From positions 96,894-160,893 of the forward strand of contig JACKFY010000002.1 in assembly GCA_020632235.1 (NCBI GenBank): 64,000 bases of DNA, read 5' to 3'. The DNA is from Pseudomonadales bacterium (lineage in GTDB: Bacteria > Patescibacteriota > Microgenomatia > UBA1400 > PJMF01). Position 1 is the first letter of the stretch, and every line of letters begins with the position of its first letter. Positions 63,714-64,000 of the stretch are shown piece by piece. The translations under genes and the position numbers were made by a program. The notes beneath the pieces are model-generated. The model saw nothing but the letters and a program-made list of their open reading frames with translations, did not search any database and had not been told where the DNA came from.

Positions 63714-64000
63714 ATGAGTAAACACACCACGTACCTACAACTGCGCGATGCGCAAGTTGCCCTATCTGTGGGGAAATTACGCTCTGATACAAGGGTGCAG
63801 GTAAAAATGCCGGCATTTGTAGTCAAAGCGCTTGATGCACTTTTTCCTGACACCGATAGAAGCACGCTTTTAACCAGCCTGGCTGTTGATACCTTGGTGC
63901 GGAGACTAGAGCTAGATCACGATGCGCCTGCTAGACTAGCAGCACAAGACCAAGCGGGCCTAGACACGCTCATTTTATATTTAGAAGAGAGAGAGCGTGC
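63714..64000 (+). CDS. hypothetical protein, 5' part only (runs off window end); TATAAT at 63693-63698
   Basis: manual translation MSKHTTYLQLRDAQVALSVGKLRSDTRVQVKMPAFVVKALDALFPDTDRSTLLTSLAVDTLVRRLELDHDAPARLAAQDQAGL... no stop before window end. Confidence 0.3.
   Translation, partial: MSKHTTYLQLRDAQVALSVGKLRSDTRVQVKMPAFVVKALDALFPDTDRSTLLTSLAVDTLVRRLELDHDAPARLAAQDQAGLDTLILYLEERER

Noticed and set aside
1-64000. Alternative genetic code (UGA recoding as in some CPR lineages)
   Set aside because: thrS and other well-conserved genes terminate at in-frame TGA/TAG/TAA at the expected protein lengths; no long ORFs require stop read-through.

Overview
This is a gene-dense window from a bacterium with standard stops (thrS ends in TGA, so no UGA recoding). 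Its housekeeping content and reduced, surface-protein-rich character look like a Patescibacteria/CPR (Saccharibacteria-like) episymbiont; that lineage call is inference from gene content only. Housekeeping genes I can support: rho, a LysM/M23 peptidase, obg, leuS with a roughly 195-aa insertion, comEA and a two-ORF comEC, an M16 peptidase, ndk, murD, a WecB/TagA-type glycosyltransferase, rplL-rplJ, thrS, an ABC exporter, rplA-rplK-nusG-secE, galU, def, and four tRNAs (Arg-CCT, Thr-GGT, Tyr-GTA, Thr-TGT). The accessory content is more interesting. (1) A family of hairpin-rich mosaic intergenic repeats with at least five copies, built from an AAAACCC start, a CCCGAC-loop-GTCGGG hairpin and a CCTTACAAGGG palindrome. 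(2) A four-gene cell-surface cluster whose architecture mirrors Firmicute WxL/DUF916/DUF3324 (csc) loci, but with a Tyr-for-Trp variant of the terminal motif. (3) A 1980-aa giant protein that combines a cytoplasmic integrase-N SAM-like domain, a TM helix, phage tail-fibre-like repeats and an internal S74 endosialidase-chaperone-like domain, plus a 924-aa paralog next to comEA/comEC. (4) A TraD/TraG (VirD4)-like ATPase with an upstream partner that has a relaxase-like HDE..PH motif. (5) An O-antigen-ligase/TPR protein divergently paired with a type IV pilin, a candidate pilin O-glycosylation module. (6) The rplKA-rplJL ribosomal cluster split by about 6 kb of inserted genes. Two toxin-antitoxin pairs (vapBC, RHH/RelE) and several tRNA-fragment duplications are also present. 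All calls come from reading the sequence and recalling motifs; no database search was possible.
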